36,805 nt of DNA from Nitrososphaerota archaeon (GTDB lineage Archaea; Thermoproteota; Nitrososphaeria; Nitrososphaerales; Gagatemarchaeaceae). The position numbers were made by a program, and so were the translations under genes. Positions 8,254-17,374 of the stretch are shown one piece after another. Below the pieces are notes generated by a model. It was not told the origin of the DNA and made no database searches. It saw only the letters and a program-made list of their open reading frames with translations. Within the stretch, counting starts at the first letter, position 1. The number at the start of each line of letters is the position of its first letter. The stretch spans positions 1-36,805 of the forward strand of contig VBPK01000002.1 of the NCBI GenBank assembly GCA_005877225.1. Reading direction: 5' to 3'.

Positions 8254-9488
8254 AACCTCACCCGTGTGCTCGCTCCCTCGACCCTATCCCTTCCCACTCC
8301 TCCAGTTTCCCGAATGGGCGTGGCGATCGCCGCCGCGAAGACTGCTGAAATGACGAGAAGGATTATCACCCCAGCAAAACTCCGCGTCTCATCGCGGAGG
8401 AGCCCCGCTATGAATGGGCCAACGATCCCTCCCAGAAACCCGATTGAGACGATTATTCCAGATGCCCTACCCAAGGCCGACGGCGGGAATAACTCCACAG
8501 GAAGGATGTAGCAGATCACCATGATTCCCGAGGTTGCAAAGCCGAGGACAGCGGACAAGAACCATCCGAACCCCACTGGTGCGACCAAGAGCCCGTAGGA
8601 GGCTACAGCGGCGGCGAGTGCTAGGATCCACAGAAAGGGTTTACGGCGGCCCACGACGCCTGAAAGAAAAGGAATGATCAGCGTTGCTGGGACGGCCAGA
8701 AAATAAGCCATCGAAGCCATCAGGCTCCCAACATAAGCTGAGCTCCCGCGCTCCACGAAGATAGTTGGCAGCCATCCCCCGAGCGTGTAGAAGAAGACGT
8801 TCATGCTCGTGAGAAGGAGAGCAACCAGCCATACCTGACCCTTCGCCCAAACCCTGTCACCCTCCCCATGATTACCCTTTGTGCCGTTGAGCACGTTCGC
8901 CGAAGGCGGATCGCGGGCGCCGAGCCACCAAGCCGCAGCGACCAACGCGCTGATGGAGCCGGAGAACAGTAGAGTATTTCGCCAGGAGCTTGCAAGAATT
9001 GAGTAGATCGGAAGCGTTACTGAAATGGCGAAGGCCGCACCAGCGTACAGACTGGCCATGTAGACGCCCGTTACTACGCCTAGCTGCTTTGGAGGAAACC
9101 AGCCTTCGGCCAACTTGGGAAGGTTGGGGAGCAGGAAGCCATAGCCCAGCCCCACGAGAGCCATAAAGAGAAGCAGGCTAAGGTACCCAGTTGCAAGGCC
9201 CCTCAGCGGGGCGCCGACCCCGACTAACACCGCACCTGACCCCAGGGCTTTCCTTATTCCGAGTCTGTCGCCTGCATATCCGCCAATCAATGCCCCAACT
9301 ACGATCATCGCAACGAGAACAGAGAAGAGGAGGCCCCCTTCAGCGAATGTCAACGAGAGTTCGTCGATTATTGGCGTGAGTAGTGGTGACACGGTGAGAA
9401 TCGCAAAGAGTGTAAAGAATCCAACTATCGCAGCCAAACTCAACGTTATCCACGCTGCTGAATGAGTCAAGACTCGTTGGCCAGACAA
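8250..9488 (-). CDS. MFS transporter, paralog of 2746..4023
   Basis: 412-aa hydrophobic ORF. It shares LPNLPK..GWFP, RRKPF and AGLLRD blocks with the other MFS gene. Its stop overlaps the convergent dehydrogenase stop (CTAA). Confidence 0.85.
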   Translation of the reverse strand: MSGQRVLTHSAAWITLSLAAIVGFFTLFAILTVSPLLTPIIDELSLTFAEGGLLFSVLVAMIVVGALIGGYAGDRLGIRKALGSGAVLVGVGAPLRGLATGYLSLLLFMALVGLGYGFLLPNLPKLAEGWFPPKQLGVVTGVYMASLYAGAAFAISVTLPIYSILASSWRNTLLFSGSISALVAAAWWLGARDPPSANVLNGTKGNHGEGDRVWAKGQVWLVALLLTSMNVFFYTLGGWLPTIFVERGSSAYVGSLMASMAYFLAVPATLIIPFLSGVVGRRKPFLWILALAAAVASYGLLVAPVGFGWFLSAVLGFATSGIMVICYILPVELFPPSALGRASGIIVSIGFLGGIVGPFIAGLLRDETRSFAGVIILLVISAVFAAAIATPIRETGGVGRDRVEGASTRVRF

Positions 9489-9498
9489 GTCGGAGCGA

Positions 9499-9753
9499 CT
9501 ACCACCTAACCATGGTGACGGGGCAGGGGGCTTGCGCGACTACGCCCGGCGATACGCTTCCAAGGAGGGTGCGCTCAATAGCGCCTGAACCCATGGTGCC
9601 GATAACTATCAAGTCGACTCGCTGATCTTGTGCCTCCCGGACAATATGTTCGACTGTGGGCCCGTCAGAATTAACGGCTCTACAGCGAACTCCTGCGGCT
9701 TTCACTTTTTTCGCATCGGAACTCTTGAACAAATGCTCCGCCAGTCGACGCAT
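9499..9753 (-). pseudogene. Universal stress protein (UspA) domain, C-terminal half only; probable gene remnant
   Basis: The 84-aa ORF contains the USP ATP-binding motif region DLIVIGTMGSGAIERTLLGSVS....APCPV. The N-terminal half of the ~140-aa domain is missing. An in-frame TGA lies 10 codons upstream of the ATG, and the other upstream frames do not look USP-like. Confidence 0.5.
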
Positions 9754-10005
9754 GCACGCACCACCTATTTGAACCGCAAAACTTCAGTGAACGCTCAGCA
9801 GTATTCATCGGTCCGAAACCGCTTCGAAGGCGCGTAAGGATAAAGCCCACGTTTGATGAATTGCTTGTCGAGAGCTGGGTTCTTTGCAAAAACCAGTCTA
9901 TATGGTGAACCGGGGCATTGCAGCCTTCTTCGGGACCGCAGACCTCCGCATTCTCCACCTCAGCTTTATTAAAGAATGACAGCTCTCCCTCCCTGCGGGA
10001 CGAGT

Positions 10006-10398
10006 ATGAAATCGGCGGAAATAGTTCGCTATTTTGAGAAGAATCTGGGCTGGGTTCCTGACTTTGCAGATATTCTTTCAAGGTACAAGCCAGATACACT
10101 CGAATCATATTTTGCCATGCGAAGCTCTGTGATGAAGGACACTCCGCAAGGCGGAGCCTTGCCCTTGAAGTTCAAGGAGATTCTGTACGTGGTGTTGGAT
10201 TCAATCACCAACAACACCGAGGGAGCGATAGCTCACGCAAGGGCTGCGATAAAGGCGGGCGCGAAGACTGAAGAATTGGCTGAGGCGCTGATCATAATGG
10301 CCATGCTCACAGGTATGCCGAGACTCGAAGTCGTTGGGACAAAAGCGTTTAGAGCTGCGGAAGAGGAAGAGAAGAAGAAAAAGAAGAAAAAGAAATAG
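10006..10398 (+). CDS. Carboxymuconolactone decarboxylase (AhpD-like) family protein with an E4K8 C-terminal tail
   Basis: Part of ORF 9976..10398, start trimmed to ATG 10006 (MKSAEIV). CMD-like helical core (KEILYVVLDSITNNTEGAIAHARAAIKAGA). The usual Cys residues of the AhpD motif are absent. Confidence 0.75.
   Translation: MKSAEIVRYFEKNLGWVPDFADILSRYKPDTLESYFAMRSSVMKDTPQGGALPLKFKEILYVVLDSITNNTEGAIAHARAAIKAGAKTEELAEALIIMAMLTGMPRLEVVGTKAFRAAEEEEKKKKKKKK
10359..10395 (+). repeat. 37-nt uninterrupted purine tract (GAA/AAG/AAA codons)
   Basis: Sequence ggaagaggaagagaagaagaaaaagaagaaaaagaaa, read directly. It encodes the EEEEKKKKKKKK tail of the CMD-family protein. Confidence 0.9.
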
Positions 10399-10408
10399 AT
10401 CGGGGCTT

Positions 10409-11236
10409 CTACATCGACCTGGTCAGTTCGCCATAAAGGTCCGGTCGTCTGTCCCTTAAGAAAGGAGCGCTTTTCCTCCTGTCATTGACTTCTTCAAGGT
10501 TCAGGTCAGCAACGAGCACGGCTTCCTCTTCTCCCGCTCGAGCTATTATCTCTCCCTTCGGGTCGACTACAAGGCTCTTCCCGAAATATCTCGCGGGCTG
10601 CTCTGGGAACTCAACTCCGCATCGATTAAGTCCGGCGACGAAAATCGTGTTAAATGACGCGTGAGCCCTTAACTCTAACTCCCACAGCTCAGGGTAGGTT
10701 CCGGTGCAGGTGGGAACGAAGACAATCTGGGCTCCCTTGAGTGCCTGAATCCTCGGACCTTCTTCGAAATGCCTGTCATAACAGATGACTAGCCCGAATT
10801 TGAGGCCGGGAATTTCGAAGACGGGGTATCCCATGTTACCGGGCTTGAAGTAGAACTTTTCCTGATATCCTACCAGTTGCGGGATGTGCGTCTTCCTATA
10901 CTTGCCGAGTATTCTCCCCTTTCTATCGATTACTGCGGCACTGTTGTAGAACGTTCCTGGAACTTCTGTATCGGCCTCGAAGATCGGCGCGATGACAGCC
11001 ACAGAATTCTCTCTGGCGACCTCGGCTAACGTATTAATCGTTGGTCCAGGGACCGACTCCGCAAGATCGAAGTACTTGGGCTCCTGAAAGACACAGAAAT
11101 ACCGCGTCGAGAAAAGTTCTTGAAGGCAAACGATCCCGGCTCCTTTCTTGGCGGCTTCGCCGATAAGGTGAACAGCCCTCTCAACGTTCTTCTCCTTCTT
11201 GGAAGCCGCGGACGCTTGGACAAGGCCAATCTTCAT
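10409..11236 (-). CDS. Carbon-nitrogen hydrolase (nitrilase superfamily); N-carbamoyl-amine amidase / beta-ureidopropionase-like
   Basis: Glu-Lys-Cys triad contexts are present: CLQELF, YRKTHIP and GLVICYD. Start trimmed from 11287 to ATG 11236 (MKIGLVQ). A TATA-like taaata lies about 30 nt upstream, inside the longer ORF. Confidence 0.85.
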   Translation of the reverse strand: MKIGLVQASAASKKEKNVERAVHLIGEAAKKGAGIVCLQELFSTRYFCVFQEPKYFDLAESVPGPTINTLAEVARENSVAVIAPIFEADTEVPGTFYNSAAVIDRKGRILGKYRKTHIPQLVGYQEKFYFKPGNMGYPVFEIPGLKFGLVICYDRHFEEGPRIQALKGAQIVFVPTCTGTYPELWELELRAHASFNTIFVAGLNRCGVEFPEQPARYFGKSLVVDPKGEIIARAGEEEAVLVADLNLEEVNDRRKSAPFLRDRRPDLYGELTRSM

Positions 11237-11345
11237 TGCGTTTGGCCGGTCGAGTCGTGTAAGGTATTTAGATATTGCCCGCTTCATGGTTTTGCAAGAG
11301 TCAAATATGCATAAATTTGGTCGCTACCCTTAACGCAAGGGGAAG

Positions 11346-13085
11346 ATGAGCATCTTTACCACTCGTCCCCTGATCATGGGGACGAAGGCCGTAGTAGCAG
11401 CTGGTCATTATCTCGCTGCAGTTGCCGGGATGCGGATATTGGAACGCGGCGGCAACGCCATAGACAGCGCAGCGGCGATCGGACTCTCTTTAGCCGTCCT
11501 CGAAGCCCACATGAATAGCATCGGTGGAGAGGTCCCAATGCTAATCTATGTGGCGAAGGAGGAAAGAGTCGTTGCGGTGAGTGGCCAGGGTCCAGCTGGC
11601 CTTCAGGCCAAAATTGATTGGTTCAAATCGCGAGGAATAGAGATGATTCCGGGGGATGGATTCCTTCCTGCTGTCGTCCCGTCAGTCGTTGGATCATGGG
11701 TCGAAGTGCTCACCAGGTTCGGCACGATGAGTTTTGCTCAGGTTGCACAACCTGCAATAGAGTTGGCAGAGGATGGATATCCTTTGCAGCTCGCCCTCAG
11801 AGACCTGATCGCTGCAAATGCAGGGAGGTTCGTTAGAGAATGGCCCACCACTGCCAGGATTTTCCTCCCTAATTCGCAACTCCCGGAGGAGGGGTATGTC
11901 TTAAGACAACAGGAGCTAGCACAAACCCTAAGATCACTAGTAGGAGCAGAGAGGACCAGCTCTCATACAGATCGAGGCGGGAGACTTGACGCGGTGAGAA
12001 GGGAGTTCTACGAGGGGAAAATAGCAAGAAAGATTGAGGAGTTTATCAGCAAGAATGAGATAATGGATGCTACCGGACATCCACATAGGGGTCTCTTGAC
12101 CTACGAAGACTTCGCAAGGTACAAAACAAGGATAGAAGGGCCAGTATCTTGCGGGTATAGAGACTTCGAAATCTACAAGTGCGGTCCATGGACACAGGGA
12201 CCAGTCTTCTTACAACAGATAGGCATTCTAGAGGGCTTTGATCTGCCCAGTCTTGGGCACAACTCCTCCGACTACATTCACCTGTTTGTAGAGGCAGCAA
12301 AGATGGCATTCGCTGACAGGGAGAAATACTACGGCGATCCTGATTTTGACAGGGTACCTCTCGAGAAGCTCCTCTCCAAGGAGTATGCCAGAAAGAGAGG
12401 GCAGGAAATCGACATGAATCACGCTCGTCTGTCGGTTGAAGCCGGACTCGTCCCTGAGGCCGCCTCAAACGTGGCCGGAAAGACTCGACAGGGCGACACC
12501 ACTCACCTGGACGCGGTGGATAGGGAAGGGAATATGGTATCAGCGACACAAAGTGGGGGTTGGATAAACTCCTCCCCGATCATAGAAGGCTTGGGATTCG
12601 CTCTCAGTACGCGAGGCCAGATGTTCTTTCTGGATGCAAGAAGAAACAACGCCCTTGCCCCTGGAAAAAGGCCCAGGACGACACTAACGCCATCCCTCGC
12701 CTTTAGGAATGGGAAACCTTTCATGGTTTTCGGCACTCCTGGTGGCGACATGCAAGATCAGTGGTCACTCCAATTCTTTCTCAATTACGCCGAATTTGGG
12801 ATGAACCTCCAGCAAGCAATCGACGCCCCTTCTTTCCACACACTACACTTCCCGAGTTCATTTTATCCTCGGACCGCAGAGCCTGGCAAAATCATCGTTG
12901 AAGGAAGGATCCCCTCTCGGGTGACGGAAGAGCTGCGATCGAAAGGTCACATTGTTGAGGAGACTGGAGATTGGGAGAACGGGAGAGTTTCAGCCGTAAT
13001 GCGCGATTCGGAGAGAGGGATTATTGTAGGAGGCGCATCCCCCAAGATGATTTATGGAAATACCGCTTACGCCATAGGCTGGTAG
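11346..13085 (+). CDS. ggt: Gamma-glutamyltransferase family protein (Ntn hydrolase), no evident signal peptide
   Basis: 579-aa ORF. Autoprocessing/nucleophile motif QGDTTHLDAVD, GGWINS, and the C-terminal TPGGDMQ motif. Confidence 0.9.
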   Translation: MSIFTTRPLIMGTKAVVAAGHYLAAVAGMRILERGGNAIDSAAAIGLSLAVLEAHMNSIGGEVPMLIYVAKEERVVAVSGQGPAGLQAKIDWFKSRGIEMIPGDGFLPAVVPSVVGSWVEVLTRFGTMSFAQVAQPAIELAEDGYPLQLALRDLIAANAGRFVREWPTTARIFLPNSQLPEEGYVLRQQELAQTLRSLVGAERTSSHTDRGGRLDAVRREFYEGKIARKIEEFISKNEIMDATGHPHRGLLTYEDFARYKTRIEGPVSCGYRDFEIYKCGPWTQGPVFLQQIGILEGFDLPSLGHNSSDYIHLFVEAAKMAFADREKYYGDPDFDRVPLEKLLSKEYARKRGQEIDMNHARLSVEAGLVPEAASNVAGKTRQGDTTHLDAVDREGNMVSATQSGGWINSSPIIEGLGFALSTRGQMFFLDARRNNALAPGKRPRTTLTPSLAFRNGKPFMVFGTPGGDMQDQWSLQFFLNYAEFGMNLQQAIDAPSFHTLHFPSSFYPRTAEPGKIIVEGRIPSRVTEELRSKGHIVEETGDWENGRVSAVMRDSERGIIVGGASPKMIYGNTAYAIGW

Positions 13086-13161
13086 GGCCGGCCACCAAAC
13101 ATTCAGCTGAAAACGCACGCACGCGAAGGGGTTTCCCGGATCCCAAATCACAGTCACACAA

Positions 13162-14625
13162 CTACCTCGAAATGAGCCTAGCAGCCTCGTATGGTTCCGT
13201 GCGGGTCGCGACTCTCGCCGGCCACAGGGAGGCGAGAGTTCCCGTAAGCGCGGAGAGTGCAGTGGAGAGAGCCAGAAGCTCTGCGAGTTGTAGAGGAGGT
13301 GGGACGGAGAAAGGCAGGCCCACTGTCATGACTATCGAGGTCGAGAACCAGTTGAAGACGACCCAGGCCACCACGACGCCTAGGAGCCCCGATATCGTGG
13401 TTAGAGCAATCGTTTGAGCAATGATCAGCCTCGCTACGAACCGGCGAGGGGCTCCCACGGCTCTCATCAAACCTATCTCTCCCTTCCTCTCGTTTACCCC
13501 CAAGTAGGTCACGGCGCTGACCAAGAATAACGCGCCGAGCCAAACGAGGTTCCCCGAAATCGAAAAGGTGGAAAGAAGACCTGAGTACCTAATGCTAGCC
13601 GACTTGACAACGGAGTCGAGCGTGAAGGCATGAACATTGCCAATGGAGGACTGCACCCTTGTTGCGGCTGCGGTGGCACTCGTCCCGTCTTCAAGCTTCA
13701 CAAAGAAGGCGCTCGCCTGACCCGGCTGGAAGGAGAGGGGTGGTAGCCAGTAGTTGTAACCCTTCCCCGCGGACTGGGTAGCGCTGGCCGTCGTGTTCGT
13801 GGTCTGCCATGCCAACATGGCGTCCGCCGTGCTGAAAGAGATGAAAATCACATGGTCGATGAATGTCCCTGTCGCTGGTAACCTAGCCTGCACCGCGAGC
13901 TGGGTCCCATAGAACTTTCCCTGGTCCTGTAGAAGGTAGAAGGCGGGAACATTGAACCCAACCACCGCCCCGGTCCCGGTAAGAGGCTGGGTTACGTTCG
14001 CGGGAAGCCAGCTCTTGAGCATGAAATTGCTCTGAGGGTCGGCCGCAATCAAGTAGACCTTGTCTAGAGCGCCGCACCCGCCGGGACTGAATTCCGTGAG
14101 ATAAAGCTGCGGAGAAACCTCCTTGACCCCAGCCACATCGGAGAGAACGCTCACAAGACTACGGTTGATGTGCGTTGATTGCGGGGTGTAGACGAGAGTG
14201 TAGAATGGCTGTGGGGAGAGGCTGCTACCCTGCGGAAGCACTACCAGATCCGCCCCGAGCCTGTTCCTTACCTGATTTACGCTGTAGGCGGCGCCGCTCG
14301 TCAGGAGATTTGTCGCGAACAGCGCGCCAACAACGAGGGCTATTGCAGCTCCGGTTGCAAAAGTTCTCAAGAACCTTCCACTAGCCTCCCTACGTATGAG
14401 CGTCCTAATCCAGGGGGGGTTCTGCAGGTTCACGGGTGGCTTCCGCCACGATACCACAAGTACGAAGTACAATCCGATCAAGACTGCCAATCCTCCGATT
14501 CCTAGCTGGGCCTGCAGTAGAAATGGGTCCGTCGTCGAGAAGGCTGTCATTAACACAAGACCGGCGGCTCCGACCAGAAGACCCGCGGTGAGGGGCCCCC
14601 TCTTTAGGGTCATAAGGACGTTCAC
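13162..14625 (-). CDS. FtsX/MacB-type ABC transporter permease with extra N-terminal TM helices
   Basis: Large extracytoplasmic domain followed by the FtsX domain (NERKGEIGLMRAVGAPRRFVARLIIAQ) and three C-terminal TM helices. Confidence 0.8.
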   Translation of the reverse strand: MNVLMTLKRGPLTAGLLVGAAGLVLMTAFSTTDPFLLQAQLGIGGLAVLIGLYFVLVVSWRKPPVNLQNPPWIRTLIRREASGRFLRTFATGAAIALVVGALFATNLLTSGAAYSVNQVRNRLGADLVVLPQGSSLSPQPFYTLVYTPQSTHINRSLVSVLSDVAGVKEVSPQLYLTEFSPGGCGALDKVYLIAADPQSNFMLKSWLPANVTQPLTGTGAVVGFNVPAFYLLQDQGKFYGTQLAVQARLPATGTFIDHVIFISFSTADAMLAWQTTNTTASATQSAGKGYNYWLPPLSFQPGQASAFFVKLEDGTSATAAATRVQSSIGNVHAFTLDSVVKSASIRYSGLLSTFSISGNLVWLGALFLVSAVTYLGVNERKGEIGLMRAVGAPRRFVARLIIAQTIALTTISGLLGVVVAWVVFNWFSTSIVMTVGLPFSVPPPLQLAELLALSTALSALTGTLASLWPARVATRTEPYEAARLISR

Positions 14626-14770
14626 TTTCTTCAGGCTGCCTATTAAATGCTCTAGGAAGCTCGTGCACTCTACGCCCAGCGCTCAGATGCGCCCTAAGAA
14701 AGAATGAATGACCTTCTCATATCCCGCACGAAAGAACGAGGGTGCCTCGTGAGGTGCGAAAGCTTAGCGT

Positions 14771-15907
14771 CTACTCGCCCTTCCTGATTGCTTCGTACGG
14801 ATCAAGCCTTGCGGCCAGCAGGACAGGATAGGCTGCCCCCGCAGCACCCATTCCAACTCCTGTAAGGACCGAGATCACACCCAGGATATTCACTTCGAGG
14901 AGCGAAAGCGGCAATAGGGTTATGCCGAAGGCGCCTTCTACGTAGTTCCCAGCCAGGATGAGGACCACCTCCCCGAGTGCGAGGCCAAGCACACCTCCTA
15001 AGAGAGCCACCAGTGCCGCTTCCATGAAGACAGATCGAAAGACAAACCCCTTGGTGGCGCCGAGGGAGCGCAACAGTCCCAGGTGGCGCCTCCTTTCGTT
15101 CACTGTCATCGAAAAGAGCAATGAGATTAAGATTATCACGGACCCCCCCATAACTCCTGAGACTAAGAGCTCGTACGTCGCGATGCCGGCGGTTTCGACC
15201 TTCGTCTGATGAGCGAGCTCTGCTGGTTGTACAGTCGTGTACGGCGGGAGCGAGGCCCTCAGTCGCGGGTCTATATCCTGGAGTGTTGCGCCTCGTGCCA
15301 GCTTAATCATTAGCCCCGACACCTCGCCGCTGGTGAACCGAGTCTGCGTCGAGCGGTTCTCTGCCACTTCGTAGGCCGTCTTTATGGGAAAGAAGACCGT
15401 ATTGTCAGCGCTGCTGTTGGTCGGTTCCAATATACCAACCACCTTCAGAGCTACTCCGCTCCAGCTGACCCGGTCCCCGGGTTTAAGCCCGGTTGCTGAA
15501 CCAGCCAGCGCGGTGTCTCTGTCCAGGTTCGTGTTCGCGCTTGGTGAGAGCCACGGCTGAATCGTGAAGTCCGTCTGAGGATCAAATGCGACGAGTCGCA
15601 ACGGTGAAGTAAAGCCCTCTGACGCGTTCAACGTGGTCACGTATAGTTGCGCGGAGACGGCATCGACACCGCTAATCCTCCGTATCTCCAGCTGCGCGCT
15701 CCCATTAAGGTACTGATTTGAAGGCGGAACCACAAAGATAGGCGAGGCGACTTTCAAGTTCGTGTATGCCCCCGGGGTAGCCGTGGGCAAGACCATCAGA
15801 TCTGCCCCAAAGCGAGCCGCGCCCAGGCTGGTACTTCGGCTTACACCAATCGCCAGTGCAGTCGTCGAGAAGACAAGACTGACGACGACGGCTACGGCCA
15901 CCGTCAT
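14771..15907 (-). CDS. FtsX/MacB-type ABC transporter permease (N-terminus may extend upstream to about 15976)
   Basis: FtsX domain NERRRHLGLLRSLGATKGFVFRSVFMEA. The in-frame region upstream of ATG 15907 encodes the family-typical LLVLRNLRASPIRSA stub but contains no ATG/GTG/TTG. Confidence 0.8.
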   Translation of the reverse strand: MTVAVAVVVSLVFSTTALAIGVSRSTSLGAARFGADLMVLPTATPGAYTNLKVASPIFVVPPSNQYLNGSAQLEIRRISGVDAVSAQLYVTTLNASEGFTSPLRLVAFDPQTDFTIQPWLSPSANTNLDRDTALAGSATGLKPGDRVSWSGVALKVVGILEPTNSSADNTVFFPIKTAYEVAENRSTQTRFTSGEVSGLMIKLARGATLQDIDPRLRASLPPYTTVQPAELAHQTKVETAGIATYELLVSGVMGGSVIILISLLFSMTVNERRRHLGLLRSLGATKGFVFRSVFMEAALVALLGGVLGLALGEVVLILAGNYVEGAFGITLLPLSLLEVNILGVISVLTGVGMGAAGAAYPVLLAARLDPYEAIRKGE

Positions 15908-16155
15908 GGTTGCGCTGCGAATCGGGGATGCCCTGAGATTCCGAAGAACGAGTAGGGAGATTCGCGTGGAGACTATCGACCCCCGTCAATGGTAACCCGT
16001 GAGCACTCGGCGATTGTTGGAGACAAGGGTTTCTCGAGATTCCGTTGACAGGCCCATCCGAACGGGAAAACTGTCACACCAGGCATACCAAAACAGATGC
16101 CGGGGCTGACCAAATTGGCCTTCAGTGAGTCCTGTGTGGGCGCTGCGACGCCATG

Positions 16156-17214
16156 CTACTCGAAGTGGGGCAAGACCTTCTCTGCGAATAATCTTATGGC
16201 AGATAGGGCTTTCCCGTGACTCAGCCCGGGAAAGTGAATCCTGAAGATCACATGGTCCGTCTCGACATCCTTCTTGTATCTTTCTATCTGTGAGATGCAG
16301 GTATCGGCACCTCCTATGATGAACCGCTTCCTCAATAGCTCCAAGAACTGCTCGTAGCTGACGTTCTTCGGGTCAACCGGGTTGCCCTCCTCGTCCTGCA
16401 TGTGCCCCCAGAGGTAGTACTCTTTGTAGATGTGTAGAACCGGTTCCAGAGCATCTTTCCAGGCCTGTTCGTCTGTCCTGGCAACATAAGCTTCCCTGAA
16501 CAAGGGAACCTCACGGCGAGCTTGATCCCTCCCGAGTTTCTTCAACTCATCCTTGAACGCGAGCCTTCTCTGTTTGAGTACTAGCCGAGGCGTCACCGGG
16601 TCCATAAAGTAGGCGTCGCAGATTCGCGCTGCCCTTCGCACGGCAGCTTCGCTCTTCGCAGCGACCCATATGGGTGGCGAGGGCTTCTGCACCGGTTTTG
16701 GGCTCAGGGTTATCCCCGGGATGTCGTGGAACTTTCCATGAATCGCCACCTTGTCTTTCGTCCAGAGATCCCTTATCATCTTCACGTTTTCTTCGAGCAG
16801 CTCTCCGCGGTTGTGGAGTGAAACGCCGAAACCATTGAACTCCTCTGGCCTGTATCCTTGTCCTACACCCAATATCAAACGACCCTTCGACATGATGTCG
16901 ATGGTGGCCGCCATCTCCGCAACGTGCAGGGGATGGTAAAGCGGAAGTAACATTATTCCTGTACCCACTCTGATCTTCTTTGTTGCGGAGGCTAATCCGG
17001 CCACCGCAATCAAAGGCTGCGGAAAGTAACCAGCATCAGGGAGCAGGTGATGCTCGCAAACTAGGACGCTCTCGTAGCCAAACTTCTCAGCCAACAGTGT
17101 TTGTTCGAGTGTTTCCGCGAAGACAGCGGGCATGTGGTCAGAGGTCAAGCTCTGGTTGCAGAAAACGAGGCCAAACCTCAAACTGGGGGCTCTTTGGTCT
17201 ACCGTCGTGTGCAC
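16156..17214 (-). CDS. LLM-class (luciferase-like) flavin/F420-dependent oxidoreductase
   Basis: 352-aa ORF with a GTG start. Pattern FGLVF...AEKFGYESVLVCEHH...GRLILGVGQGY is typical of the bacterial-luciferase fold. Confidence 0.85.
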   Translation of the reverse strand: MHTTVDQRAPSLRFGLVFCNQSLTSDHMPAVFAETLEQTLLAEKFGYESVLVCEHHLLPDAGYFPQPLIAVAGLASATKKIRVGTGIMLLPLYHPLHVAEMAATIDIMSKGRLILGVGQGYRPEEFNGFGVSLHNRGELLEENVKMIRDLWTKDKVAIHGKFHDIPGITLSPKPVQKPSPPIWVAAKSEAAVRRAARICDAYFMDPVTPRLVLKQRRLAFKDELKKLGRDQARREVPLFREAYVARTDEQAWKDALEPVLHIYKEYYLWGHMQDEEGNPVDPKNVSYEQFLELLRKRFIIGGADTCISQIERYKKDVETDHVIFRIHFPGLSHGKALSAIRLFAEKVLPHFE

Positions 17215-17374
17215 TTAAGTCTTCAAAGAGAAGAGGATTCCTGCGTCTGGCAGATGGTTTCGCTCGATGGATTTGACGACCTGCGTAGCGAAGGAACCGG
17301 GTTTTTCCAGGTACCAACGCCGGGAGAATTATCGGAACAAACCTAAATAACTCAACCGTCAATAGTTGACCCCG

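Noticed and set aside
9755-9785. GGTTCAAAT (minus strand) resembling a tRNA T-loop
   Set aside because: The flanking bases (tgcgg / aggtg) cannot form a T-stem, and no acceptor or anticodon arms are evident.
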